A stretch of DNA of 54,710 nucleotides from Desulfuromonadales bacterium (GTDB lineage: Bacteria; Desulfobacterota; Desulfuromonadia; Desulfuromonadales; SZUA-540): NCBI GenBank assembly GCA_033549025.1, contig JAWSUS010000023.1:1-54710 (forward strand), in the 5' to 3' direction. The notes below the pieces were generated by a model that did no database searches, had not been told where the DNA came from, and saw only the letters and a list, made by a program, of their open reading frames with translations. Made by a program: the position numbers and the translations under genes. Below are positions 29,324 to 39,999 of the stretch, piece by piece (within the stretch, counting starts at the first letter, position 1; every line of letters begins with the position of its first letter).

Positions 29324-29578
29324 ATGCCCATGTACGAATATGCCTGTGAGAAATGTGGTCAGACTTTTGAAGTCATGCAGAAATTTTCCGATGCGCCTCT
29401 GACGGAGTGCCGCTCCTGCGGCGGGCCGGTGAAGAAGCTCATTTCGCAGACGGCCTTTGCTCTTAAGGGGGGCGGCTGGTATGAGCAGGGCTATTCGGGA
29501 GGCGCCGCGGCCCCAGCCTGCAGCAGTGCCGGCAGCGGTGGCGGCTGCGCCGGCTGTCCCAAGGCAGCCAACGAATAA
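29324..29578 (+). CDS. FmdB-family zinc-ribbon protein
   Basis: MPMYEYACEKCG...CRSCGG...KGGGWY; C-terminal CAGC. Confidence 0.88.
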   Translation: MPMYEYACEKCGQTFEVMQKFSDAPLTECRSCGGPVKKLISQTAFALKGGGWYEQGYSGGAAAPACSSAGSGGGCAGCPKAANE

Positions 29579-29618
29579 AAAAATCCCCGGACCTCGCTTG
29601 TGTCCGGGGATTTTTTTT
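29578..29618. terminator. Bidirectional terminator
   Basis: AAAAAATCCCCGGAC...GTCCGGGGATTTTTTTT. Confidence 0.8.
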
Positions 29619-29634
29619 GGATCAGAGCGGCCTG

Positions 29635-30612
29635 TCACACCCGCTGGGTCGCCGGGAGGGCAAGAGGGTCCGGCCAGTCTTCTTCCTCTGGGTGGAGCAG
29701 GTCGTGAACTTCGGTGCGGTTGCGGCCGTGACGCTTGGCCCGGTATAGCGCTTCGTCGGCTTCGGCCAGCACCTGGGTGGCATCGCTGATGTCTCCCGCC
29801 GGGACGGGGCGGATGCCGATGCTCACCGTCAGGGGATGTTCCGGAAATTCGGGAAGCCGCAGGCGGGCGATCTTCCGGCGTAACCTCTCGGCCACGCTGA
29901 AAGCGTTCTCCCCATGGGTTCCCGGCATGATGAGGGCAAACTCTTCGCCCCCGAAGCGGCAGGCCGTATCCGAAAGACGGATGCTGCCCTCGATGGCTTC
30001 TGCGATCGTTTTTAAGGCGGCGTCGCCCGCCAGATGTCCGAAGAGGTCGTTGATCTGTTTGAAGTGGTCGACATCGGCCAAAAGCAGCGAGAAAGATTGA
30101 TTTAAACGGGTGCTGCGGGCGACCTCGGCCTCCAGGGCCCTCTGAAAGAAACGACGGTTGAACAGTCCGGTCAATCCATCCGTGGTCGCCTGCTTCTCCA
30201 GGTCTTCCTTGGCGCGGCGCAAGAGGGTGAGCTGCTGTTTTTTTTCAAGGTGGGTCCGGATGCGGGCGGCCAGTTCCTTGGCCGAGGTGTCAAAGCTGAG
30301 AAAATCGCAGGCACCGGCTTCGAGCCCGCGAATTTTTTCGTCTTCACCCCCCGCCCGTGCAAAGAGAAAGACCGGAACGTCGCATCCTTCCTGGTCGCCA
30401 TAGAGCCGGTGAATCCAGTCGTAGGTCTCGCCGGCGGGATCGGTGACCCCATAAAAGATGAAGTCGACCGGGCGCTTCCTGACGCTGCTGATGGCCCGGT
30501 TGACGTCATTTTCATTCCAGATATGACTGAAGGCCGCAGTTCCCCTGATTTTGTCCAGCAGGGTGCGGTTGTCTTGTGGTGAAGATCCTATCACGAGGCT
30601 TGTGGCGGTCAT
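29635..30612 (-). CDS. Diguanylate cyclase with degenerate receiver domain
   Basis: DVDHFK, GHLAGD, RLSD I-site, GGEEF; REC-like N-terminus lacking the phospho-Asp. Confidence 0.88.
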   Translation of the reverse strand: MTATSLVIGSSPQDNRTLLDKIRGTAAFSHIWNENDVNRAISSVRKRPVDFIFYGVTDPAGETYDWIHRLYGDQEGCDVPVFLFARAGGEDEKIRGLEAGACDFLSFDTSAKELAARIRTHLEKKQQLTLLRRAKEDLEKQATTDGLTGLFNRRFFQRALEAEVARSTRLNQSFSLLLADVDHFKQINDLFGHLAGDAALKTIAEAIEGSIRLSDTACRFGGEEFALIMPGTHGENAFSVAERLRRKIARLRLPEFPEHPLTVSIGIRPVPAGDISDATQVLAEADEALYRAKRHGRNRTEVHDLLHPEEEDWPDPLALPATQRV

Positions 30613-30675
30613 CGAGGGCCTTCCTTTAAAAAACTCTATCCCCTTGAAATGTCACCGGGTGTCGCCGATTGAAAT

Positions 30676-30691
30676 GGCAAAAAACGATCCA
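30676..30691 (-). promoter_or_regulatory. Candidate sigma54 (-24/-12) promoter
   Basis: Minus strand TGGATCGTTTTTTGC = GG-N10-GC, about 65 nt upstream of the DGC start. Confidence 0.4.
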
Positions 30692-30886
30692 AGCTTAACT
30701 GGGCAGCCGCCCGGACCCGGGCGCCGTTGTGGCCGTTGTGTTCTTGGTGGCCTGGGTCGGTATTTTGACTTTGGGGTTATTTTGAGCGGATACTAACCTT
30801 TTTGGAGGGATTTGTCGAGATTTTGACTTGAAGGGGGGCGGTTTTTTCTGTCTGACCGGGGGTAAAAAGTATACATCGTCTCATTC

Positions 30887-30915
30887 TTTACAATCGATAT
30901 CCTGTTGCGTATAGT
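30887..30915 (+). promoter_or_regulatory. Sigma70 promoter for the folD operon
   Basis: TTTACA-N17-TATAGT, followed by an AGGAGG RBS. Confidence 0.6.
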
Positions 30916-30943
30916 TAATTCCATTTGAAGGAGGTTACGACAC

Positions 30944-31798
30944 GTGGACAAAATTATTGATGGAAAAGCGATAGCGGCCAGTCTGCGCAAGGCCATTGCC
31001 GCCGATACGGCCCAACTTACCGCTCAGGGGACGACGCCGGGGCTCGCTGTGGTGCTGGTCGGCGAGGACCCTGCCAGCCGGGTTTATGTCAGCATGAAGG
31101 AGAAGGCCTGCGCCGACGCCGGCATCTATTCGGACGAACACAAGCTGCCGGCGGAGACGACCGAAGCCCAGCTGCTGGCTCTGATCGAGGAACTGAACCG
31201 GGACGAGCGCATCGACGGCATTCTCGTGCAGCTGCCCCTGCCGGCCCACATCGACGAGAGCAAGGTGCTCGAAGCCATCTCGCCGGCCAAGGATGTCGAT
31301 GGCTTTCATCCCTACAACGTCGGTCGGCTGGTGACGGGCAATCCCCTCTTCCGCCCCTGCACCCCCTACGGGGTCATGAAGATGCTGGAAGCGACCGGCG
31401 TCGAACTGGCCGGCAAAGAGGTGGTCGTGGTGGGGCGCTCCAATATCGTCGGCAAGCCCGTGGCCCTCATGTGTCTGGCCGAACATGCCACCGTAACCAT
31501 CTGCCATTCGCGCACCCGCGACCTGGCTGACAAGGTGCGGGCCGCCGACGTGGTCATTGCGGCCGTCGGCCGGCCGGAGATGGTCAAGGGGGACTGGATC
31601 AAGGAGGGCGCCGTGGTCATCGATGTCGGCGTCAACCGGGTCGGCGAAAAGAAGCTGGTCGGCGACGTCGATTTCGCCGCCGCCCGCGAGCGGGCCAGCG
31701 CCATCACGCCGGTGCCGGGCGGGGTGGGGCCCATGACCATCACCATGCTGCTGTACAACACGGTGGAAAGCGCCAAGCGGCGCGCCGCCGGCAAATAG
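30944..31798 (+). CDS. folD: Methylene-THF dehydrogenase/cyclohydrolase
   Basis: [43 protein letters not shown]. Confidence 0.96.
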   Translation: MDKIIDGKAIAASLRKAIAADTAQLTAQGTTPGLAVVLVGEDPASRVYVSMKEKACADAGIYSDEHKLPAETTEAQLLALIEELNRDERIDGILVQLPLPAHIDESKVLEAISPAKDVDGFHPYNVGRLVTGNPLFRPCTPYGVMKMLEATGVELAGKEVVVVGRSNIVGKPVALMCLAEHATVTICHSRTRDLADKVRAADVVIAAVGRPEMVKGDWIKEGAVVIDVGVNRVGEKKLVGDVDFAAARERASAITPVPGGVGPMTITMLLYNTVESAKRRAAGK

Positions 31799-31868
31799 AC
31801 AACCCTTAAGGCGTTCAGGACACGGTGTTCCTGGGCGCCTTTTGTTTTCCGCCGTCGGTGGGGCCGCC

Positions 31869-32513
31869 ATGATCATCAGTCAGCAGAAAAATCGCGAAGA
31901 GCTGCTGCAAAACCTCGAGGGGAAGAAGCGCCTCTTTCTCGTCGGCTGTGGCGCCTGCGCCACCGCCTGCAAATCGGGCGGCGAAGAGGAGGTCTTTCAG
32001 CTGCAGGAGTGGCTCGCCTCCGTGGGGCGCGAGGTGACCGGCAGCGTGATCATCGCCGAGGCCTGCCATATCATGCGGGCGGCCCGCGACCTGCGGCATC
32101 ATCGCGACGCCGTGGACGAGGCCGACGCTCTGGTGGTGCTGGCCTGCGGCGCCGGCGTGCAGTCCATCTCGACCAACACCGACAAACGGGTCATCGCCGG
32201 TCTCGATTCGCTCTTTCTTGGCAATATCCGGCGGCTGGGGCAGTATGAAGAAAAGTGCTCCCTCTGCGGCGAGTGCATCCTCAACGAAACGGCGGGCATC
32301 TGCCCGGTGACCACCTGCGCCAAGGGGCTGCTCAACGGTCCCTGCGGCGGCATGGAGGAGGGTCGCTGTGAGGCGGACCGGGAGGTGGATTGCGCCTGGC
32401 ACAGCATCTACGAGCGCCTGAAGAAGCAGGGGCGCCAAGGGGTCTTTGCCCGTCCCGTGCCGCCCAAAAATTGGGGAAAACTGCGCAAGCCCGGGCGGCT
32501 GAAGCTGGGGTGA
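31869..32513 (+). CDS. metV: Methylene-THF reductase small Cys-rich subunit (MetV-like)
   Basis: GCGACATACKSGG; CSLCGEC...GICPVTTCAKGLLNGPCGG...CAW; adjacent to metF. Confidence 0.85.
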   Translation: MIISQQKNREELLQNLEGKKRLFLVGCGACATACKSGGEEEVFQLQEWLASVGREVTGSVIIAEACHIMRAARDLRHHRDAVDEADALVVLACGAGVQSISTNTDKRVIAGLDSLFLGNIRRLGQYEEKCSLCGECILNETAGICPVTTCAKGLLNGPCGGMEEGRCEADREVDCAWHSIYERLKKQGRQGVFARPVPPKNWGKLRKPGRLKLG

Positions 32514-32523
32514 GGGGGCCGGG

Positions 32524-33378
32524 ATGTCGCAGCTGCAAAGAGAGTTGAGCCAACACCGTTTTGTGGTGACCACGGAGATTGCGCCCCCCAAGGGGGTGGA
32601 CCTGTCGGCAGCGCTGGCCAAGGCCCGCTCGCTGCAAGGCATTACGGCGGTGAATGTAACGGATAACCAGGGCGCCAATATGCGCCTGTCCCCTCTGGTG
32701 CTGGCCGCCCGCCTGCTGGAGACGGGTCTTGAGCCTATTCTGCAGCTGACCTGCCGCGACCGCAACCGTCTGGCCCTGCAATCAGATCTGCTCGGCGCGG
32801 CGGCCCTGGGGGTCGAGAATGTCCTGCTGCTCTCCGGGGACCACATGCGCTTCGGGGATCATCCGCAAGCGAAGGCCGTGTTCGACCTCGACTCGGTGCA
32901 GCTGCTGCAGGCCGTGTCTCATCTCAACCTGGGGCGGGATATGGCGGACCGGAAGCTGCAGGGAGCTCCCCGTTTTTTTGCCGGGGCGGCGGTATCCCCG
33001 GGGGCCGAGCCCTTCGAGCTGATGTTTCAGAAATATCGAAAGAAGGTTGAGTGCGGGGCCCGTTTCTTTCAGACCCAGGCGATTTTTGCGGAAGACAAGC
33101 TGCGGCGCTTCATGGACGCCGCCCGCCCTCTGGGCGTTCCCGTGCTGCTGGGGGTGCTGCTGTTGAAAAACGCCGCGACGGCCCGTTTTCTTAACGCCAA
33201 CATACCCGGGGTGCAGGTGCCGCCGGAACTGGTGGAGCGCTTGGAACAGGCGGTGGATCCTTTGGCTGAAGGGGTGGCCATCGCCCGTCAGCAGATTGCC
33301 CTGGCGCGGGAGATCTGCCAGGGAGTGCATATCATGAGTCTGGGACAGGAAGAACTGATCCCGGCCATGCTGGCCTGA
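32524..33378 (+). CDS. metF: Methylene-THF reductase
   Basis: EIAPPKG, NVTDNQ, TCRDRNRLALQSDLLGA, SGDH, FFQTQ. Confidence 0.92.
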   Translation: MSQLQRELSQHRFVVTTEIAPPKGVDLSAALAKARSLQGITAVNVTDNQGANMRLSPLVLAARLLETGLEPILQLTCRDRNRLALQSDLLGAAALGVENVLLLSGDHMRFGDHPQAKAVFDLDSVQLLQAVSHLNLGRDMADRKLQGAPRFFAGAAVSPGAEPFELMFQKYRKKVECGARFFQTQAIFAEDKLRRFMDAARPLGVPVLLGVLLLKNAATARFLNANIPGVQVPPELVERLEQAVDPLAEGVAIARQQIALAREICQGVHIMSLGQEELIPAMLA

Positions 33379-33396
33379 AGCAAAAGGAGGGACCGC

Positions 33397-34488
33397 ATGA
33401 AAAAGACGCCGCTCAATGCCGTACACAAGGAGATGGGCGCCCGCATGGTCGATTTCGGGGGCTGGGAGATGCCGGTGCAGTACCGCGGGGTCATCGACGA
33501 GCACTTGGCCGTCCGCCATGCCGCCGGTCTCTTCGATGTCTCCCACATGGGGGAGATCGCCGTCAAGGGAAACGGGGCGCTCGATTTTATCCAGCAGCTG
33601 ACGATCAATGACGCCAGCCGCCTGGTCAACGGCCAGGTCCAGTACAGCGCCCTGTGCTACCCGCACGGCGGCACGGTGGATGATGTGACCCTCTACCGCT
33701 TCGATCACGACCATTACCTCTTCTGTGTCAACGCCTCCAACATCGACAAGGATTTCGCCTGGATGCAGGAAGTGCTGGAAGAGGGGGATTTTCGCGACGT
33801 CCAGCTCCACAACGTCAGCGACGATTTCGCCCAGCTGGCCCTGCAGGGCCCCGGCGCCCAGGCCATCCTCTCCCGCCTCACCGACACCCGCCTCGATCAG
33901 ATCGCCACCTACCACTTTTATGAGGGGCTGGTGGCCGGCGAACCGGCCATCATCTCCCGCACCGGCTATACGGGCGAGGACGGCTTCGAACTCTATTTCG
34001 ATCCCGCGGCCGCCGTGGCCATCTGGCGGGCCTTGCTGGAGGCCGGTGCTTCCGACGGACTAGAGCCCATCGGCCTGGGGGCCCGCGACACCCTGCGCCT
34101 GGAGATGAAATACGCCCTCTACGGCCATGAGCTGTCGCCGGAGATTTCACCCCTGGAGGCCGGGCTGGGCTGGATCACCGCCTTCGACAAGCCTGCCTTC
34201 ATCGGCCGCGAGGCCCTGCTCCGGCTCAAGGAAGAGGGGCTGCCGCGCCGCCTGGTCGGCTTTTCCATGGTCGAGGCCGGTATTCCCCGCGCCGACTATC
34301 CGCTCTTTGTCGGTGACGAGGAGGTCGGCCTGGTTACCAGCGGCACCCTGTCCCCCTCGCTGCGGGTCGGCATCGGCCTGGCTCTGGTCAAGCCGATCCA
34401 TGCCGCCGTCGGTACCACGCTGCAGGTCGGTATCCGTCAGCGCCGCGTGGCGGCCCGCATCGTCAAGACACCCTTTGTGAAGAAATAA
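33397..34488 (+). CDS. gcvT: Glycine cleavage aminomethyltransferase T
   Basis: FGGWEMPVQY, FDVSHMGE, SRTGYTGEDGFE, GLGARDTLRLE. Confidence 0.96.
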   Translation: MKKTPLNAVHKEMGARMVDFGGWEMPVQYRGVIDEHLAVRHAAGLFDVSHMGEIAVKGNGALDFIQQLTINDASRLVNGQVQYSALCYPHGGTVDDVTLYRFDHDHYLFCVNASNIDKDFAWMQEVLEEGDFRDVQLHNVSDDFAQLALQGPGAQAILSRLTDTRLDQIATYHFYEGLVAGEPAIISRTGYTGEDGFELYFDPAAAVAIWRALLEAGASDGLEPIGLGARDTLRLEMKYALYGHELSPEISPLEAGLGWITAFDKPAFIGREALLRLKEEGLPRRLVGFSMVEAGIPRADYPLFVGDEEVGLVTSGTLSPSLRVGIGLALVKPIHAAVGTTLQVGIRQRRVAARIVKTPFVKK

Positions 34489-34533
34489 CCGCAACCGATA
34501 TTGACCGCTTCATCCAAAAAAGGAGGACGAACG

Positions 34534-34920
34534 ATGGAATTTCCCGAGGAGCTCAAGTACACCGAGGAACACGAGTGGGTCTTGGTCGAGGACACGATCA
34601 TCACCATCGGCATCACCGATTTTGCCCAGGACAGCCTGGGGGATGTGGTCTTCGTCGAACTGCCGGAGGTTGGCGCCGAGGTGGTGGCCGGCAAATCCTT
34701 CGGCGTGGTCGAGTCGGTCAAGGCTGTTTCCGACATCTATGCCCCTGTCTCCGGGGAAGTGGTGGAGATCAACGAAGAACTGCCCGATACCCCGGAGCTG
34801 ATCAACACCTCGCCCTACGAGGACGGCTGGATGATCAAGGTGCGCATCAACGATCCGGCTGACCTGGCTGACCTGATGGACGCCGACGCCTACCAGGCCT
34901 TTGTCGAGGAGGAAGAATAG
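34534..34920 (+). CDS. gcvH: Glycine cleavage protein H
   Basis: HEWV, GITDFAQ, lipoyl-Lys VESVKA. Confidence 0.96.
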   Translation: MEFPEELKYTEEHEWVLVEDTIITIGITDFAQDSLGDVVFVELPEVGAEVVAGKSFGVVESVKAVSDIYAPVSGEVVEINEELPDTPELINTSPYEDGWMIKVRINDPADLADLMDADAYQAFVEEEE

Positions 34921-34949
34921 ACGCCCAGCAGAACACGGAGAGAGCGGAC

Positions 34950-36302
34950 ATGAGCCATCCTTATATTCCCCACACCGAAGAGGACGTCCGGCAGATGCTG
35001 AACACTGTTGGCGTCCCGACGGTGGATGCCCTGTTTGAAGGCCTTCCCGACGAGGTCCGGCTGACGCGACCCCTTGAGCTGCCCGGTCCGCTGGCCGAAA
35101 GCGATCTGCTGCGGGACTTAAAGCGTTTGGCCGACCAGAACGCCACGGTGGAGAGCCATGTAAGTTTCCTCGGCGGCGGCGCCTACAATCACTTTATCCC
35201 CGCCGCGGTCGACTATCTGGTCTCCCGCAGCGAGTTCACCACGGCCTATACCCCGTACCAGCCGGAAATCAGCCAGGGCACCCTGCAGGCCATTTTCGAA
35301 TTTCAGACGATGATCTGTCAGCTGACGGGGATGGACGTGGCCAACGCCTCCATGTACGACGGCGCTTCTGCCTGCGCCGAGGCGGTGCTGATGGCCGTGC
35401 GGGCCACCCGGCGCCGGCGGGTGCTTTTATCCGGAGCCCTGCACCCCCACTACCGGGAGACGGTGCGCACCTACTGCCAGTGTCTCGAGGTGGATCTGGT
35501 GGAGGTGCCCTGGGATGAGGCGGGAAAGACGTCGCCTCAGGCAATCCGGGAGCTGCTCGATGGCGAGACGGCAGCGCTGGTGACCGGCTATCCCAACTTC
35601 TTCGGCGTGATCGAAGAAGTGGTGGATCTGGCGGAAGCCGTCCATGCCGCGAGCGCCCGTCTGGTCGTCGCCGTGCCGGAGCCGGTCGCTCTCGGTCTGC
35701 TCAAGGCGCCCGGCGAGCTGGGGGCTGACATTGTCGTCGGGGAGGGGCAGAGTTTCGGCATTCCCCTCTCCTTCGGCGGCCCGTCTCTCGGCTTTTTCGC
35801 CTGCCGCCAGCAGGATCTGCGCTCCATGCCCGGCCGTCTGGTCGGCGAGACGGTGGACGCGCAGGGGCGGCGCGGCTATGTGCTCACCCTGTCCACCCGC
35901 GAGCAGCACATCCGCCGGGAAAAGGCGACTTCCAACATCTGCTCCAACCAGGGCCTGTGTGCGCTGACGGCCACCATCTGGCTCGCCCTGCTCGGCAAGA
36001 AGGGGATTCGCGAACTGGCTCGGCACAATCTGTCCAAGGCCGCCTACGCCCGTCGGCAGATCGCGGCCCTGCCGGGTTTCTCCCTCCCCTTTACCGGGCC
36101 GGTCTTCAATGAATTTGTGGTGAAATGTCCGCAAGAGGCCGCCGCGCTCCTCGACCGCCTGGCGATGCAGGGCATCCTGGGGGGCATCGCTCTAACGCCC
36201 TGGTACGAAGGGATGGCTGATTGCCTGCTGGTCTGCGTGACCGAACAGAACAGCCGTGCGCAGATCGACGCGCTGGTTGCCGCCCTGGCAGGAGGTGCCT
36301 GA
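34950..36302 (+). CDS. gcvPA: Glycine dehydrogenase subunit 1
   Basis: TAYTPYQPEISQG, NASMYDG, REQHIRREKATSNIC. Confidence 0.96.
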   Translation: MSHPYIPHTEEDVRQMLNTVGVPTVDALFEGLPDEVRLTRPLELPGPLAESDLLRDLKRLADQNATVESHVSFLGGGAYNHFIPAAVDYLVSRSEFTTAYTPYQPEISQGTLQAIFEFQTMICQLTGMDVANASMYDGASACAEAVLMAVRATRRRRVLLSGALHPHYRETVRTYCQCLEVDLVEVPWDEAGKTSPQAIRELLDGETAALVTGYPNFFGVIEEVVDLAEAVHAASARLVVAVPEPVALGLLKAPGELGADIVVGEGQSFGIPLSFGGPSLGFFACRQQDLRSMPGRLVGETVDAQGRRGYVLTLSTREQHIRREKATSNICSNQGLCALTATIWLALLGKKGIRELARHNLSKAAYARRQIAALPGFSLPFTGPVFNEFVVKCPQEAAALLDRLAMQGILGGIALTPWYEGMADCLLVCVTEQNSRAQIDALVAALAGGA

Positions 36303-37765
36303 TGGAGAGTCTGGGAACGACGGGGCTTGTTCTCAACGAAAAGCTGCTTTTTGAACATTCCGATCCGGGTCGTCAGGGCTATTCCCTGCCGCCGCTGGAC
36401 GTGGAGGAGGCGACCCTGCCGGCGGGCCTGACCCGCGACGAGGTCGGCGGCCTCCCCGAGCTGTCGGAAGTGGACGTGGTGCGCCACTTCACCCGACTCT
36501 CCACCTGGAACTACGGGGTCGACTCGGGCTTTTATCCCCTCGGCAGCTGCACCATGAAGTACAATCCCAAAGTCAACGAGGTGGCCGCGCGTCTGCCGGG
36601 TTTTGCCGCTGTCCATCCGCAGACGCCGGCCGCGCTCTGCCAGGGGACGCTCGAACTGATGCACGATCTGCAGCAGGCGTTGGCGGAAATTTCCGGTTTT
36701 CCAGCCCTGTCCCTGCAACCGGCGGCGGGCGCCCAGGGGGAGTTCGCCGGCATGCTGGTCATCCGCGCCTGGCACGAATCCCGGGGGGAGCAGCGTCACC
36801 GGGTGCTGATCCCCGATACGGCCCACGGTACCAACCCCGCCTCGGCCGCCTTGTGCGGCTATGAGGTCAGTCCCGTTGCCTCCGGTGACGACGGCCGCCT
36901 CAGCGCCGCCGCCGTGGCGGCGCTGATGACCGAAGACGTCGCCGCCCTCATGGTGACCAATCCGAACACCCTGGGTCTTTTCGAGTCGGATATCGCCGAA
37001 ATCTGCCGCATCGTGCATGCCAAGGGGGGACTGGTCTACTGCGACGGCGCCAACCTCAATGCCCTGCTCGGCATGGCCCGCCCGGGGGACATGGGCATCG
37101 ATGTCATGCACTTCAATCTGCACAAGACTTTTGCCACTCCGCATGGCGGCGGTGGCCCCGGCGCCGGCCCGGTGGGGGTCTGCGCCAAGCTCGCCCCCTT
37201 TCTGCCCGCCCCGGTCGTCGAGAAGAACGCCGAGGGCTATCGGTTCACGTGCCCCGACCGCTCCGTCGGCCGGGTGAAGGCCTTTCACGGCCACTTCGGC
37301 GTCCTCGTCAAGGCCTATGCCTATATTCGCAGCATGGGCGCCGACGGGCTCAAGCGGGTGGCGCACATGGCCGTACTCAACGCCAATTATGTGCGGGCCC
37401 GCCTGCAGGAGGTCTATCATCTCCCCTACCGCGGGCGGTCTCTGCACGAGGTGGTCTTCTCCGATAAAAATTTGGAGGGCGGCTGCCATACCCTCGATCT
37501 GGCCAAGCGTCTCATCGACTACGGCTACCATCCGCCCACCATCTACTTCCCGCTCGTGGTCAAGGGCGCCATCATGATTGAGCCGACGGAGACGGAGAGC
37601 CTCGAAACCCTCGACGAATTCTGCGAGGCGATGCTGGCCATCGCCCGCGAGTCCCGGCAGAGTCCCGAATTGCTCCTCAGGGCTCCTGGTCGCACGCGCA
37701 TCGGTCGACTGGATGAAACGGCGGCGGCACGGCGACCCAAGCTGAAGTGGGAAAAGTCAGACTGA
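36302..37765 (+). CDS. gcvPB: Glycine dehydrogenase subunit 2
   Basis: PLGSCTMKYN, AHGTNPAS, NLHKTF (PLP Lys), PHGGGGPG, MIEPTETES. Confidence 0.96.
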   Translation: MESLGTTGLVLNEKLLFEHSDPGRQGYSLPPLDVEEATLPAGLTRDEVGGLPELSEVDVVRHFTRLSTWNYGVDSGFYPLGSCTMKYNPKVNEVAARLPGFAAVHPQTPAALCQGTLELMHDLQQALAEISGFPALSLQPAAGAQGEFAGMLVIRAWHESRGEQRHRVLIPDTAHGTNPASAALCGYEVSPVASGDDGRLSAAAVAALMTEDVAALMVTNPNTLGLFESDIAEICRIVHAKGGLVYCDGANLNALLGMARPGDMGIDVMHFNLHKTFATPHGGGGPGAGPVGVCAKLAPFLPAPVVEKNAEGYRFTCPDRSVGRVKAFHGHFGVLVKAYAYIRSMGADGLKRVAHMAVLNANYVRARLQEVYHLPYRGRSLHEVVFSDKNLEGGCHTLDLAKRLIDYGYHPPTIYFPLVVKGAIMIEPTETESLETLDEFCEAMLAIARESRQSPELLLRAPGRTRIGRLDETAAARRPKLKWEKSD

Positions 37766-37766
37766 A

Positions 37767-37792
37767 GGAGGGGGCCCGCAAGGGCCCTTTTC
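37767..37792 (+). terminator. Intrinsic terminator
   Basis: GGGGGCCC-GCAA-GGGCCCTTTT. Confidence 0.7.
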
Positions 37793-38718
37793 TATAGGAT
37801 GTCGCCGGGCCGAGAGGAAAAGCTGGTCAGGTGATATTGGAAGAAGACGAAGATGGTCAGGGTCTCTTTCTCGTAGTAGCGGGAAAGAGCGCCGTAAGGG
37901 GCGCCTTTGCGTACGGCGTCGATCGCTTCCTGATCAAGCAGCGGGTAGCCGGAGCTCTCCTTGAGTTCCACGTCCCGCAGAGTGCCGTCCTTGTTGACGG
38001 TGACCTGTAGCAGGCAGCGTCCCTGTTCGCCCCGTTCGGCGGCGCGGGCCGGATAGCTCCACACCCCGTAGATGTTGTCCCGGAAGCGGCGGAAGAAAGA
38101 ATTCAGCAGGTCGTTTTCCATGTCCAGCCAGACCGCCTGGCTTTCTTCCACATCCTCCCGATACTTGCGCCGCCATTCCTGCAGATACTGGTTGGCGCTT
38201 TTGGCCGCGGCCTGATTGAGGGCCGCCATCAGGGCTTTTTTGTCAGGGAGTTCCGTTGCCTGTTCCGGCACCGTTTTGGGTGGCCCGGAGGTGCCGGGTC
38301 GGGCCTCGATGCCTGTTTTGGCCGAGGGCTGCTCGGCGGGCGGTTCGGGGGCCGGGGGAGTCGGGGAAGGGGGTTGCTGCGGGCGCGGTGGTGCCGGAGG
38401 AGCGCTGGGGGTTCGATCCTCGATGAAATCACCCTTGGGGGCCGTCTCTCTTTCCACCTGCTGGTCGGCGGGGCCGAGACGTTTGGCGGGGGTCTGGCGC
38501 GGCTGTTCCGGCGGGGTGACGACCGGTGCGTCGAGTTCGCGCTCCCGGGCCGGGCGTCTGGGCTCGGGCGGGCGCATCTCCACGACCATGGGCGTGTCGG
38601 CCTCGGGTTCGGGGAAAAGGGAGCGCTGCGGCACCAAGAGGAGCAGCAGGAGATGCACCAGCAGGGACAGAATGATGAAGACCAGGATCATCGGATCCTG
38701 GTTGCGGCTGAATTGCAT
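37792..38718 (-). CDS. TonB-family energy transducer
   Basis: TM anchor SLLVH, Pro-rich linker, C-terminal YPARAAERGEQG...SSGYPLLDQEA. Confidence 0.88.
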   Translation of the reverse strand: MQFSRNQDPMILVFIILSLLVHLLLLLLVPQRSLFPEPEADTPMVVEMRPPEPRRPARERELDAPVVTPPEQPRQTPAKRLGPADQQVERETAPKGDFIEDRTPSAPPAPPRPQQPPSPTPPAPEPPAEQPSAKTGIEARPGTSGPPKTVPEQATELPDKKALMAALNQAAAKSANQYLQEWRRKYREDVEESQAVWLDMENDLLNSFFRRFRDNIYGVWSYPARAAERGEQGRCLLQVTVNKDGTLRDVELKESSGYPLLDQEAIDAVRKGAPYGALSRYYEKETLTIFVFFQYHLTSFSSRPGDIL

Positions 38719-38902
38719 AAGGTAACGATGTCGTTAATAGGTAAAGGTTTCCGAACAGTATACATGAATACCGCCGAGGGAGGCCAGCGATCATTCCACC
38801 AGAGGAAGCGGCCCGGTCCGGGGAAAATGGTTGACCTTGCCGGGGAATTTCAGGTATAAAATGAGGCTTTAATAAAACCCTGTTTTGAAGGAGGAACCTC
38901 TT

Positions 38903-39904
38903 ATGCATTTGGTCGATCAGATTAAAGCGAAAGCCCGGCAGAATATGCAGACCGTTGTTTTGCCGGAAGGGTACGACGACCGCATGATTCAGGCTGCCGG
39001 CCAGATTGTTCGGGACGGCCTGGCCAAGGTTGTGCTACTGGGCCAGCCCGATACGCTCACGGCCAAGGCTCGTGAACTCAATGCTTCCCTGGAAGGCGTC
39101 ACCTGCCTCGATCCCAAAACGGCCCCGCAGTTAGAAGCCTACGTGGATGAACTGGTCGAACTGCGCAAGAAAAAGGGGCTGAGCCGCGAGGAGGCCAAGA
39201 CCCTGTTGACCGCCGAAGACAACCTCTACTTCGGCGCCATGATGGTGCGCAAGGGGGATGCCGGCGGTGCCGTAGCCGGGGCTTTTAATACCACGGGCGA
39301 TGTGTTGCGCGCCGCATTTCAGGTCATCGGCACTTCGCCGGGGATGAAGACCGTCTCCTCTGTCTTCCTCATGGTGACCAAAAATGCAGCCTTCGGTGAA
39401 AACGGGGTTCTGCTCTTCGCCGACTGCGCCGTTAACCCCAATCCCGATGCCGAAGCCCTGGCCGAAATCGCCGTGGCCACGGCCCGAAGCTGCAAGAGCT
39501 TCCTTGGTGTCGATGCCCGCGTCGGCATGCTGTCCTTCTCCACCAAGGGCAGTGCCAGCCACCAGGATGTCGACAAGGTGCTCAAGGCGCTCGAATTGGC
39601 CAAAAAACTCGAGCCCTCGCTGCAGATCGACGGCGAACTGCAGGCCGACGCGGCGCTGTTGCCCAAGGTTGGCGAGAAGAAGGCCCCCGGTTCTCCGGTG
39701 GCGGGCAAGGCCAACACCCTCATCTTCCCCGATCTCGATGCCGGCAATATCGGCTATAAACTGGTGGAGAGGATTGCCGGTGCCGAGGCAGTCGGTCCTA
39801 TCATTCAGGGGCTGGCCAAACCGGTGAACGATCTTTCCCGCGGCTGCTCCGTGGAAGACATCATCAGCGTCGCCGCCATCACGGCGGTGCAGGCCCAGGG
39901 CTGA
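38903..39904 (+). CDS. pta: Phosphate acetyltransferase
   Basis: [50 protein letters not shown]. Confidence 0.96.
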   Translation: MHLVDQIKAKARQNMQTVVLPEGYDDRMIQAAGQIVRDGLAKVVLLGQPDTLTAKARELNASLEGVTCLDPKTAPQLEAYVDELVELRKKKGLSREEAKTLLTAEDNLYFGAMMVRKGDAGGAVAGAFNTTGDVLRAAFQVIGTSPGMKTVSSVFLMVTKNAAFGENGVLLFADCAVNPNPDAEALAEIAVATARSCKSFLGVDARVGMLSFSTKGSASHQDVDKVLKALELAKKLEPSLQIDGELQADAALLPKVGEKKAPGSPVAGKANTLIFPDLDAGNIGYKLVERIAGAEAVGPIIQGLAKPVNDLSRGCSVEDIISVAAITAVQAQG

Positions 39905-39930
39905 TACGCAAACCCGGTAGTCAGCTGTCA

Positions 39931-39974
39931 ACGCAAAAAGGCCGGCGGATTGACATCCGCCGGCCTTTTTGCGT
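39931..39974. terminator. Bidirectional terminator between convergent pta and ackA
   Basis: ACGCAAAAAGGCCGGCGGAT...ATCCGCCGGCCTTTTTGCGT. Confidence 0.85.
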
Positions 39975-39999
39975 GAAAATCGCTAGTGCCTGACTCGGG

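Noticed and set aside
30613..30943. Possible c-di-GMP/cGAMP (GEMM) or glycine riboswitch in the DGC-folD intergenic region
   Set aside because: No GEMM (GGCAAA..GAAA..GACGCAAAG) or glycine-aptamer core on either strand, and the folD leader is too short.
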